Origin: Azolla caroliniana
Taxonomy: Eukaryota; Plantae; Polypodiophyta
DNA length: 64,000 nt
Direction: 5' to 3'
Assembly: GCA_043228905.1 (NCBI GenBank)
Contig: JBHGNT010000011.1
Location: 15,872,001 to 15,936,000 of the forward strand
Below are positions 37,601 through 50,131 of the stretch, in pieces. The first letter of the stretch is position 1. Each line of letters starts with the position of its first letter. The notes below the pieces were generated by a model. It ran no database searches and was not told the origin of the DNA. It was given only the letters and a program-made list of their open reading frames with translations. The position numbers and the translations under genes were made by a program.

Positions 37601-40600
37601 TTGGTGGTAGATTGGAGTCAAAACAAAAGAGGATGAATACTAGAAAAAGAATTGGACCCCAAGATAGCAATGAAAAGGAAGCAAATAGTGACAAGTCATC
37701 AACAAGAATCAAGCACTCAAGGCTGATTTAGATGGAAGTAACAATGAGCTTAGTGTAGAGTGCTAATCACAATCATAATGGATGAACGATACAACAAATA
37801 TGTACCAATAAGCTCATAAGGGTGCATATTGGAGTTTTCCAAAATGATTATCATTAAACCAATAGGATTTGTGGTTAGGATTACAAAGGACCATGTAAAC
37901 TTAATGAATTACCTCCTCAATCATTGTCACAAGCTCTACCAATGCTTGTGTATATCAACACTTCTCAATTGTCCATCAAGTCAATTAAGCCTTTCCATAT
38001 CATTTTCAATATCACACATAATTGTGGACTCTCGCTTCATAATGTGGTTCCATGAACTCTTACATCACTCAACTACCAAATTTCAACATGGTATGCTTGC
38101 TAGTACTCTCCCACACCCTAGATGATCTATAATAGATTTTTTATTCTCTTGGCCCAAGGGCATTTGTAAAGGGACAAGAATCTTTCAACTTCATCTTATC
38201 ATCGATCCACTTGGTTCCAATTAATATATATATAGTATATTTTTACTAAGATCCATGCATGACATTTGCATCTTCCTCTATTTTAACATGCCAAAAGTGT
38301 TTAGAGCTAATAAAGTTAGCTCAAACATATAGTTGTTTTTTTCCATAGAACAAAATGTTATCACACTTGTGGCACAACTTTCTACAAAACAACTCCTTTG
38401 GCTTTTGCACTTCTCCTTGTCTACCTCAGTAGAGATAAGAAGATGGGAAAAAAGTTCTCCTTTGCGTGAAGGTCGCCTTTGTTGACCTCAAACCAAAAGG
38501 TTCAAACTCTTGAACTTTGATTTGATAGTCATTGCCTATATGTCATTATATATCACAATTGTGGCACAACTTCTTTGGCATTTGCTATTCTTCGTTTGGT
38601 TGTCTTTTGGCTTTTATAATTTAAAGCATTCTACTAATTCTCAATCTCCATCTGCATTTCTTTTGGTTGAAGCAAAACGAATAGAATTTTGTTTTAACGT
38701 TCAATTTTGTGAAACCACCAAACTTTGGAGATAACATACAAATATACCTTTGTGCCAATCATCATGCACTTGAATAATCTATCTATCTCAACCATTTAGT
38801 TCCAAGGATTAGGTTTTTGAACATCTCAAGTTGTTTATTTTGTTGATCATCTAGATTTTGAGTTCAACAACTTTCATTCTGAATCTCATATTAATTATGA
38901 AGAACTTCCCTACTAAGTATCGATTTCTAGCTTGAACCTATGATGAGTTACCAACAACAACACTAAATAGATTATGCACATCATGATGATAAGAACATTA
39001 ATTCCCTTCACCTTCTTCAAGTCAAAACATTAGCAATGCATGGAAGAATCAAGACCGTAGGGTTCCTTGGATCAAGATTTTCTACAATTGCATCACTTAG
39101 ACTACAAACATTATGTCCAAAAGCTTGTAGTAATCCAAAATGGTTTCCATCTTGAGCTTCCAAGACTAGTTAGTCCCTTATGTGATGAGACCATCAAACT
39201 TCTAACCTATTATGCAGACAATATCTACCTTGATTCTATGCCAAAATTCACCAACCCAACTTGTACCTAGTCATTGCCGACACTTACTCAATTACCAAGA
39301 AACTTTCATGGTATGGCATGGTTAGCATGAAGTCAGAGGATGACATCAAAGATGATGCATAATCATGGCACTTGTCTTGAGTAACCTTCAACATGTAGTT
39401 TATCCCCTTAAAGTTAGTTTATAATATTAATACTTGTTATGGTTTTTCCTTGCCAAGAGTTTACATACCTTATTTAATGGCAACTACCTCTATACAAATT
39501 TCTTGTCAAACAACTGTTGCATAAACTATCATGTGAAATATAGAGAAATCGATAACACAAACTTAGAAAGAATCTCGAGGTTATATTATTTAGTACAGTG
39601 TTGTCCCATGATTACAACATGAAATGATTTATACAATGAGAATGTAAGAATCACAATTAATGTTAATTGAATAAAATAAGGAGGTAGTAAGGATGAAAGG
39701 GTGTTAGACTATTCGACCACCCCTAACAAAGGTGAGAGATGATTCATTGTGTCTCATTGGTGTTGCATACCACTAAGAAGAGATATGGATTGTACCTTGG
39801 CTTTGAATTAGAAGGAGGAACACACATATGCAACTAGAGCTTTGCCACACCGACAAAGTTTGCACGTATTAACACTTGTCATCTTCATGCGGGTAGCTAG
39901 CCTTCTTCAATAAGCTCAAACCCTAGGTCATCGTGAGTTCACACTTGGCTATCTTCATTACAAGTGGTCAAGTGATGAATAGTCAGACGTTATCTCCCAA
40001 TATAGGATTGGGAATAATCGATCAATACTTACCCTTCATACCTAATGAACAAGCCCATACCTACTAACCTAAAGGACATTAGAAACCTACGACGATGTCG
40101 TGATGTGGCAGCCCAAATGTAGAAAATGAAGAAAAAGGCAAGTCCCAAAAACTATAAGTACACAAGTGTAAAAAGAAAAGTAGGACAATAAATGGTTAAT
40201 AACCAAACTATTAAGACTATTGGTTTGAAGATTTTGAAGATTTTGAAGATTGGTTTGTGCTCGCATGGGAGTAATCTACTGTTTTTGCATGCTGATGAGA
40301 GGGGGTAGGTTGGCATTTATTGTTGACCTTGATGAGAGAACTAATCTTATTTCGTCATACCCTATGTTAATTAAAGGGTTTTCTCGTTGTAATTGAAATT
40401 ATATTGTTCTAGTCCATCTAATATTTGTGGTACAATTTTTTTAAAGTCTTAATCTTAGTTGAATTCATTATGTTACTACGAGAGAGACAAAAACAAGCTG
40501 ATTCACACTATCATGAAGAGAGAGCTCTCAAAGGGGTCAAATCCATGAGCACCCATCCAATCCACGAGTGTTGTTCAATCCACAAGCCCCCACTCATCCC

Positions 40601-43600
40601 ACATGAAGGAAATCTACAAAGGGGGATTACATGAAGTCAATCCACGAAGGGATTGCATGAATCTAACCCATGAAATAATTACGCAAAGTTGGATTGCATG
40701 ACGGCAATCCATAAAAGGATTTTTTTTAAATTAAAAAAAAAGAAAAAAGATACGCCTTGGTATTATGAAATCATAAGAAATACAAAAGTTGTGTTGGATA
40801 AAACAAATATACCAACTGATTCCCTTGTACTCTCATCATAGCCGATTTGTTTAATCCATAAAAGGATTAAACGAAGGTAATCCACAAAAGGATTATATGG
40901 AAGGAGAATTCACGAAGCTAGTTCAGGTCTCCCACGGTCCTACTTGAATAGCACATGCACGTGTGCATTCACACAACAACTTCTCATTATACCATGTGAT
41001 TATGCTCATATAACAAAGAGATCTTTGGTCATGTGCTTATGGAGTGAAGAACTATCATTACCACTCTCACTATGATTCCTATAAGAATTCATCTTCTTCA
41101 TATTTTATTGTGTTGGTGTTTGTTTACATTAAGATATTGTCCTCTAAACCTTCTTTCAAAAGTAGGCACGAAGAGGTTTTATCCATTCTGATTCCTACTA
41201 GATGGAGGTATTCCTGAGGCACCCTCATTATGGAGGATCCTAGAACCCTTGAGGTGGTACTATGTCAAATCTCCAATGTAATAATAGCTTATTTTAGTCT
41301 AAGCACAAGAATTGAGAGCTGAATATTAGCTTCAATTATATGAGCAATATTCAAAAAAAGAGTTACAAGTACCAATTCCGTGGCCACAAATGGGTGATGT
41401 CAAGCTTCTATTGTGCACTCTAGAGATGGTATGGACTACAACATAAATATCATATAATATGGATAGTTCCAACATTTTGAATTGTACTTTTTGAGCTCCT
41501 TCATATAAAATACATCTAAATTATAAAATATCCAATGAATATGCTTTTTTCATGAGGGGTGCCTTATGAATATCTCCTTCGAGTGGGAACCAGAAAGAAT
41601 CTTAAGATGGATTTTACGGGCATGACCATAATTTATCCCGTGGTAAGTTGTACCGTAATTTGATATGAATGCATCTTAATTACATGCAAGTACCATTACT
41701 TTGATATAATAACCACATGTAATACAAAAATATCTAGAAGCGGAGATTTGAAGTGTTTACCTTTCTTCGGGACTCTTGGATTTCCTCCACCATCATTCTT
41801 ATCTGCATATGAGAATAGGAAATGTTTTCAATGGTGAATGCCCAAAACTTGAAGTACTTATTGACTAAAGTTTTGATGATTTAAGAGAGCAATTAAATTT
41901 TAGGAGGACATGTAAAAAACATATTAGAAATCCTTATATTATACATTAGAATGTAAAAAAATCATTAAGCTTGTTTATTTCAAAATTATCCATATATGTA
42001 GAAAACATATTAGAAATCCTTATATTATACATTAGAATGTAAAAAAAATCATTCAGCTTGTTTATTTCAAAATTATCCATATATGCTTGCAAGTTACACT
42101 GGAAACAACTCCTACCAGCTACATAGAAACTAGGATGACACACTGCATGTCTAAAGAAAAAACAAACATAGGTCAAAACATGCATTTAACCTATACACTT
42201 AATGATCTAGACAATCATAATAAACGGCCATATAATCTTCATTGATTTAGCTTCCCATATTCTAATATGCCAAGTAGCAGTATATATTATTTTGCTAAAT
42301 AGGAGGATTATCAAGAAGCAACTGAGTGTCTTGATAAACTAGGGAACAATGAATCAGATGATCATTATGTGGGAATTTGGGCAACTGAATGATTCCGGAT
42401 CCGGGTTCCATAAACAATTAGATGATGTCAAAGTTTGCGCGATATAATTTAAGATTGAATCAGAAGAAGCAACTAGTGTAAACAACACATTCAATGAGGA
42501 CCTGTTAGTGTGAATCAATTGTAACACTCTTAAAGTGTGTTCAGTTTGACTTATGAATCATATTGGTTAGTCATAAATGTTAACAAACCAATATGACCCC
42601 TTATTGGTATCATATTCAAGAAGATTGACATGAATAGGTTGTGCCCATAATGGATTCCAATTGGAGCCCATAATCCGATTATAATTAGGCAAGTAATTTG
42701 GGATAAGCGGCTCGTTTGGTAAGTTAATTAGAAATATTTTTCACGACCACTTTTACTAATGTTTCTTAAACTAGAGTCGTTTATGGTTAAGTGGCGTCTT
42801 AAGGTGCAAATGATGCTATTGTGTGTGTGCAAAGACATTAATCATATTCTTTGGAATGATCATGTAATTAAGGTAATGATAATTAGTAGCATGAAGAACC
42901 TTCTCCATGCATGCTTATTTGGCCAAAAATAATACACATTTGCGAGATTTGTCGAACCAAAACGCTCTCAATATGTACATGATATTCTTTAATGTGCATA
43001 CTAACCACAATATTAATCACTAGATTTTCAATTGGTAACATGGTTTTGCCCATGGTAGTTGGTCTACCCCTCACTTATGGAAAACATTGGAGTAAATATT
43101 GGTAACACTTTCAACCAACCTAGTAGTTGAATCATGATGAAATGTTTGACATTAAACATCAAATGGGAACCCAAGAAATGATGACAATAAGATTCGATGT
43201 CATTGGCAAATTATAAGAAGTTGCATGATCTTGAATCGAATAGGCGAGAGAGAGTTCAGACTGATTAATTATTTGTCAGCACAACGTTTGTAAGAGGTAA
43301 TCTTTTATATTTTGGATTGCCAATTAAACTAGCTTGTTGCATTAACATAATTTCCTACTTCTAAGATAAAAATCAATTTTATTATGTTATATAAACTGCT
43401 TATTATTATATCTTATATAGTGTTTTCCAATTTTAGCCTATAGTTGGGGAAATTCTGGCATAAATACATTGGTACGCTGTGTTTCCTCTAATTTCAGGCA
43501 ATACATACATGTCCCTTTAAGTGCTAGAATTTTTTACCACTAATGACAGCTTCTAAACATTATTTGAGATGCCATACAAGCTCTAGTCTATCACTCATAT

Positions 43601-46600
43601 ATATATATAGGTCAATTTTTGAGGAAGAAATCAAGTTAGACATATTTCAACTTGGCTATTATAAATCTTATACACCTCCAAGGGTGGGCCTTACGAAACT
43701 GCAGTATTAAATACTAGACGACTTATATCCTCTCCACAAAATAATAATGCTCTTTATGTGACCTTATCCACATATTATATTCTTATGTCGGTCAATTGTA
43801 TGATAATGATCATGAAATGTATGTACCTTCCTGGACCTCACTCTTTTGATTCCGTGTTGGAGTTGATTCTCAAGCTTCTGCAGGTCTTTCAATGCTAACG
43901 ATTCCAAATCCTCCCCCACCAGCTTCCTACGATTTCAATTTATACAGCAATATTATGATTAAGAAGAAGAATGTAATAATATAGATTAAGCATTGTGGAC
44001 GAATTATTGTCAAACAAAAGATAGTATTCTCATCATCAATTGTTATTTGTTGTACTCTCATCATTAGGAATTAATTCTTTGATCACCTTGTTTCCCCTTC
44101 CAAAACCCGTATTTGCTCTTGTAGTTGTCCAACCTCGTATTTCCAATACTGTAACATTTATCAACCAAATTTAAGTGAATTATTATATTCTTTCATTCAT
44201 AGGTATAGTCCTATATTTAACTCTATATTGTCCATGGATCAAGCATTCATAATCATGTAAATATTTTAAGCAATGTACAAATAATATTTAAGATTGTTCG
44301 TGGGATCATGCCCTTGTATATAAATTAAGCTTATAGCTGCTCCTTTGGCATTAACTATATTATAACTTTAATGACACAAACCAAAATTTGTGAGACGCCT
44401 GATCCAAAAGGATTGGTAAGAGAATACATTAGAATAAAATTTAAAAAAAACATGCATTGTGATTCTTTATAGATACTTATTATAACTTCTCATGTCAAAA
44501 CCCCATGTTTAAATTATCGTTGGTGCCAGCATGATCAATGTGGTGTTAAAACTTATAATGACCTTCACATAAAACACAACTCACGCGCATGGTGGCAATT
44601 TGATGATGTAAGCCGCCGATTGTTATGAAATTATGTGACCTACTTTGACATTATAATGTTTAAACCTTGTGATTTGCAACAATATTAAGGTTGTGTTAAA
44701 TTAGGTTGTCAAGTATTGCAATTTTAAGGTTAAGGCTTGCATGGTAAATCAACGTTTTAGCAATATGTTTGTTGTTATGCAACATTTTCAATATAAAATC
44801 TCCCATTTTAATCAAATGCAATTCTCATTTATCACGGGATTTTTTTCCATATCAGGCAGTATTGTTTATAATTTTGGGTTTACTTAATAGACCCAGGAAA
44901 GGAAGGGCAAATATTATGCCTCTGATTATGAACGCAGAGGAGAAACCTTTGTTAATCTTCAAATTATGTAGTTATTTGTCTGATATCAAATAGGCTAATA
45001 ACTAATGAAAATCTTGCAGTTGTTTTCTTGAAATGACATTATATTTTTATTGAATGTAAAAATAAATATATACCTCAACGTCTTTTTCCTGATCATCGTT
45101 GGCACCTTCCGTTGTGGACGAGAACTTCTTGTACCTTTGAAGAGTCTTCTCCATGCTACTATATTTTTATAATCAAAACACATTAATGTGAATGATCTGC
45201 ATCATATTGTTTTTGGTCGTCTTGATTAATATTACACCACTAGATTATTACTACAGAATATGTAAATTATCACTGCATTTCTTTTGTAAACATCATGAAT
45301 TCCAAACATCTCACATGGTTAGAAATACCAATTTATGAAGTCCTAAAAGCTTGCTAAGAATCATGTCATTGATCCATATTAATAACTCTTGCATAGCTAT
45401 AATGCATTTTCAAACGTGTTGCTAAATAGTACAACATTTTTTCGAATAGTAGAGCATTATGAAATATCGATGCATGCACAATCTTGGAAATTCTTCTACA
45501 TGTTAAAATGTGCATTAATCGCCAGTGGAGATTACTAATCATTGTTTGTGAACTTGTGATTTTGTGATGGAAATATGGAAAAGAACCATAAAACTATTAA
45601 TGCTAGTATATCCTCTATCATTGCAATATACTTGGGGACCGGTATTATGGACAATTGTACGAGGGCAACCAATGTTGTATGAGTAGGAGGATATTGGAGA
45701 CTTTTCTATGTAGAGACGCATCTTATGCAAAAAACAACTATACCCCTAAATCTATAAATAGCCTTTGGTGAAAACAAAAATATGGCAATTGCCCAATGGT
45801 ATTCTGGTATATTTGGAAGGCCGGGTGCTTCAAGGTACTCCAAAATGTCTTAGAAAGGCGTGGCACTTAGTCAGTTATTGAGGTAACACTCAGTGAGCAA
45901 AATTATGACGTTGGGAGTTTCATGCCATATGGGACAAAGGTATATTTTACACGCGATCTCTTGACAAGGTGGAGTGGTCTTACTCTAGACTTAAGTATTT
46001 ATTTAAGCCGATAGCTAGAAGTTAATCTTAGTAAAAAAATGGCGGTAATTACTTATATGTACGTATTTCATCTAGAGCCTTAGGGCATTTCCTAAAACCA
46101 GTGTATATCTTTTATTGTAAAAAAGAAGAAGAAGCGATGATAAGGAACCTTTTGAAGTTACTTTGAGAGAAACGTTGACTAACAATAACTTTCATACAAC
46201 TCCAACCTAAGCAATCATTTGTATATAAATAGGGTTTTCATGAAAATATCTGGGTAAACTTTTCACCATTAAATTCACAACGCGGAACCATATTGATGAC
46301 ATGCCATTTCTTTGAAAGCTCAACATTAGGTCGAAATGTTTCCTAATGATGGGTTCTTTAATATAAGATCAAACCCATTATGTGTTATGATAAACCGTAG
46401 ACGAAACATTACATAATCCTCCAACTCGATTAGCTCGAACCTTCAAACTAGGAAAATCAATTGAACTCCTTACACTATCGAGCTGAACATTAAACATTTA
46501 AGCAGTTGCGCTCCTTGTCTCCTCTATCTTTCTCTTGTACAGAACTCAACACTCTTGCGCACACACTAAAATTTGCATTAATCAATGTTCTTGAGGTTTT

Positions 46601-49600
46601 TCTAATTAGAATGAAGAAGACAAAATGTACTCAAAGACTATAAGTGCTCTATTATCATTAAATGCTAGAAATTAAGATTTCTAACGTTTGGACCTCCCTT
46701 TAGATGTGAATTGGGATGAATGCATGAATGTAATGAAATCTAAAATATACGGAACCATGCTAGGGGCCAACAAAGCTAAGGAAAAAGAAAACCAAGAAGC
46801 TTTGGAGGATCTAGTTGCAATGCGAGTGTGGTTTAATGTAATGCACATTGACTCCCTTAGTTCTCTTAGGAAAACATTAATAAAAGATACATGGTGTGGA
46901 AGCAGAGAAGTCGATTCGACTAATAGATTGTGAGAATTATCCAAGCAACCATCATAATATGCCCACTGGTGGTGTAGTAGACCTTCCAATGTGCCCATTC
47001 ATACAATGCTCATTTTCATATCACACTAACCTAATTACGAAGGATGATTTGTACACAAAATTAGGTTCCCTATTGTAAAGGAGTGGTCCCATCTATATTT
47101 TACGGGTGGTTTTTTGACGAGGTGGAGTGGTTTTGCTCTACACCGAAGTATTTATTTAAGCCGAGAGTTAGAACTTATTTCATGTACCTATATGTACCTA
47201 TTTCATGTACAACCTTAGGGCGTTTGTACTATCTCTTCTTGGAAAATAGAAAAAGAGTTGTCCCATGGGCTAACGTGTGAGCTCACAAATATTAATAATA
47301 TTTAGTATTAATGATAAATTGATTTATTAGCAACTCTTCATGGGCATTGGTAATTTTGTTAGAAGAATGAGATTAGGAAGGCATTATAAATTTCTTCTAT
47401 GCTCATCGAGTAGCATACTAGAGGTATCAATTGTCATGCCCTTGTTAATGTTAGAATAATATCAACGTGCTATAAATGTAGCTTATAAGATTTAATAACC
47501 TTCCATTAACTTCGTATAGCATTCAAAATACTCATACTAATTAATTTAAGCAAAGATTGATCCTGACTTAATCACATGTGGTTAATTACGCCTTAAGAAT
47601 TTCACTCAAATGAGCCCACACATATACTTATTGTGTCTTAATTCGTGAAAATACTACCCAAGAATTAGATTAGTTTGTAAATTGTGCGCTTACATTTAAT
47701 CACAATGTGGGTACCATGTACCATAATATGCATTAATTTTCAATAACTGCACTTCTAATATTCAAGAATGCAGACATTGGATTGCACTGACTAAGAAAAC
47801 TAGAAATGTCAGCGTGGATGAATATTGTTTATTAATTAGGAACTTAATGTTATAGCGGAGATTAGGCGAAGGTATGTCAGTATCCCGTTATATATATATA
47901 TATGTCCTGTGTTGCTCGTTAATATCCTTCATTAATAAGTAAAAGTAAGCATATATGTATGCTTGTATGTACGGTATATTAATTGTAGTTTATAATATGT
48001 GGTCGTACATATAAGCTAATCATGAATTGGGCAATTTCCCCAATTCTCAATTGTCATGAGTCATGACGTCCAGCAGATTTCGTAGAATACCCAACACTAT
48101 CTAATGATCAAGCTGGGAAAGAAGTTTATAGGACATGGAATGCAGGAATCTATAATGACAAAAAGCCGGGTAAATCCTAGGCTCATCGTTGATCGGCTAC
48201 GCTACTACAACATGGGCATTGATCCAGCTTACACCCATTCATTCATTCATTCATTCATCACCTTCCACTCAAGTATGATCAAGGAGGGCTTGCATAAATT
48301 CAAATATACATACAGACTTCTATATATGATTTGTACGCAAATTACTGCATTCATAGATACATATATACATACATATATATATATATATATGAGAATTAAC
48401 ACACATACTTGTATTACAGCATATGAATTTGCAGTACAAAGAGGTATTTAATGTACCCGGAGCTGGCGAATTCGAAGAGCTTCCCGGATGAGCCTGCAGA
48501 CGAGAACACGATGAGTGCGATCTCGGCATCGCATAGCACCGACAGCTCGTGGGCCTTCTTCATTAGCCCATTCCGGCGCTTGGAGAACGTCGTCTGCCGG
48601 CTTATGTTGTTCTCGATCCGGCGGATCGGAATAATCCGGCGCCGTCTCTTATTCTCCTGCTCTATCATCTCCGCCACATTTGTAGTCCATGGAGCAGGAG
48701 GAGTTATTGTTGTTGCTGTTTTTAATGTCGATTGCTGGACCTCCACAGCATTAATGCTATCATTATTATTGTTATTATTATTGCTCAAATGATTTAATCT
48801 GCTCCTTGAAGCTTCCATACCTGCAGTAATCATTATTGGACACTTCGGTATATAGGATCCTAATGCTAATTAATGCATACTCCTGTCCTTAACCCTCACC
48901 CCAATAATTTACCACTCAGTTTAACGTATGGCAAACCTTAATTCAACCCATAGTATATATACTGTTTTAACCCTCACCCTAAACCAGCTGCTCAATGGGC
49001 AAGTACCAACCCTAAAGCTGAACAAAAACCATAGAGCTTAAAAGAAGTATTAGTACTAGCCGAATTCATAACCTGATCCCTAACATGTTGTTTTGTGCAT
49101 CAAACCCTTATTAAACTAAAACATAAGAGATAGAACTAGGAGTATACCAGTAATTGCCCTAATTAGGCTAAGCCTAAACCCTATTTAAGCATATGACCAA
49201 TGTGACTCTCTAAACTGACTCTAACCAGTAGTAGTAGTAGTTGTGGTTGTAGTAATAGTAATAGTGGTGGTGGTGGTGGTGGTAGTAGTAGTAGTAGTAG
49301 TCATCATAACCTGATCAATAAACTATTGGGCACCAAGCCCTAATTAAAGTGAACCCTAAAAGATAGTAGCATGAGTGTACCAGCAGCTGCCCGAATTAGA
49401 CTAAACCTAAACCCTAATTAAGCATATGACCAATGTGATTCTCTAAACTGACTCTAACACCATAGCCCTTAATGTGTAAAAGGAGGTAAAGCCCTAATTC
49501 ACCGTGATTCAGCTGGATAGACAGCTCCTTCCACTCGAGGCCTGATCTAGGATGGCGTTGCTGCTGCGTCATACCCATCTGTTGATCTGGATGAGGATGA

Positions 49601-49608
49601 TGTTCCAT
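34608..49608 (-). CDS. MIKC(c)-type MADS-box transcription factor with N-terminal extension
   Basis: Exons 49608-49503, 48820-48457 (MADS: [41 protein letters not shown]), 45155-45074 (82 nt, I domain), 44148-44087 (62), 43926-43827 (100, [32 protein letters not shown]), 41802-41761 (42), 35031-34990 (42, [14 protein letters not shown]) and 34805-34608. The 82/62/100/42/42 exon sizes are canonical for MIKCc genes. Confidence 0.92.
35555..35942 (+). pseudogene. PLS-class PPR gene fragment inside a MADS intron (antisense)
   Basis: [70 protein letters not shown]. Upstream, [13 protein letters not shown] ends in a stop, and there are 66-bp tandem duplications. Confidence 0.85.
41911..42084. repeat. 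Near-perfect intronic tandem duplication, 2 x ~87 bp
   Basis: aaacatattagaaatccttatattatacattagaatgtaaaaaaatcatt.agcttgtttatttcaaaattatccatata occurs twice. Confidence 0.9.
45940..47260 (+). mobile_element. Two related non-LTR retroelement 3' ends in the MADS intron between the M and I exons
   Basis: tattttac.....ttgac.aggtggagtggt.tt.ctcta.ac..aagtatttatttaagccga.ag.tagaa occurs at ~45942 and ~47096, each followed by an A-rich tail. ORF 46688-46933 (..AMRVWFNV..) resembles the LINE C-terminus at 63159. Confidence 0.55.
49067..49459. repeat. Diverged duplication rich in telo-box-like motifs in the first coding intron of the MADS gene
   Basis: cataacctgatc...cctaaacccta.ttaagcatatgaccaatgtga.tctctaaactgactctaac at ~49067-49226 and ~49305-49459, separated by a (GTA/GGT)n tract. 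Confidence 0.8.
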
Positions 49609-49744
49609 GTCTTGGGATGATTGATTATCTACAGAAAAAGTGATATTTGTCTAGTCTAATTCGAGCCCCGCTAGCACTGCAAAAAAAAAAAAGGATCGAC
49701 AGTTGTGCCTTTTTGCTCTTGTGCTTCCCTCTAGTTGTTCTAAC

Positions 49745-50069
49745 TCTCTCTCTCTCTCTCTGTGTCTGTGCCTGTTGTTCTAACTTCTGTGTCAACTGTA
49801 GCTACCAAATGTGTATTGCCTGTGTTTTCTGGTCTTATATAACACGAGAGAGAGAGAGAGAGTTAGAGAGAGAGCGTGACGACATGCACTTCTCTCCCCT
49901 TCTTCGCCTTCATTCAAATCTCTGTCTCTATCTCTACACTCTCTCTGTCTCTGTCTCTGTCTCTGTCTCTGTCTCTGTTGGTCTGACTGACTGACACACA
50001 TACACTCTCTCTCTCTCTGCGAGCAGACAGAGAGAGAGAGAGAGAGAGAAAGTGTGTGAGAGAGAGAGA

Positions 50070-50106
<37 letters not shown>

Positions 50107-50131
50107 TGTGTGTGTGTGTGTGTGTGTGTGC
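49745..50131. repeat. GA/CT/GT microsatellite block in the MADS 5' region
   Basis: Long (GA)n, (TG)n and (TCTCTG)n tracts. Confidence 0.9.

Noticed and set aside
35914-40802. 4.9-kb DNA transposon bounded by ~58-bp inverted repeats
   Set aside because: Both copies have A-rich tails facing inward, and there is no TSD or transposase. They are better explained as two retroelement 3' ends in opposite orientation.
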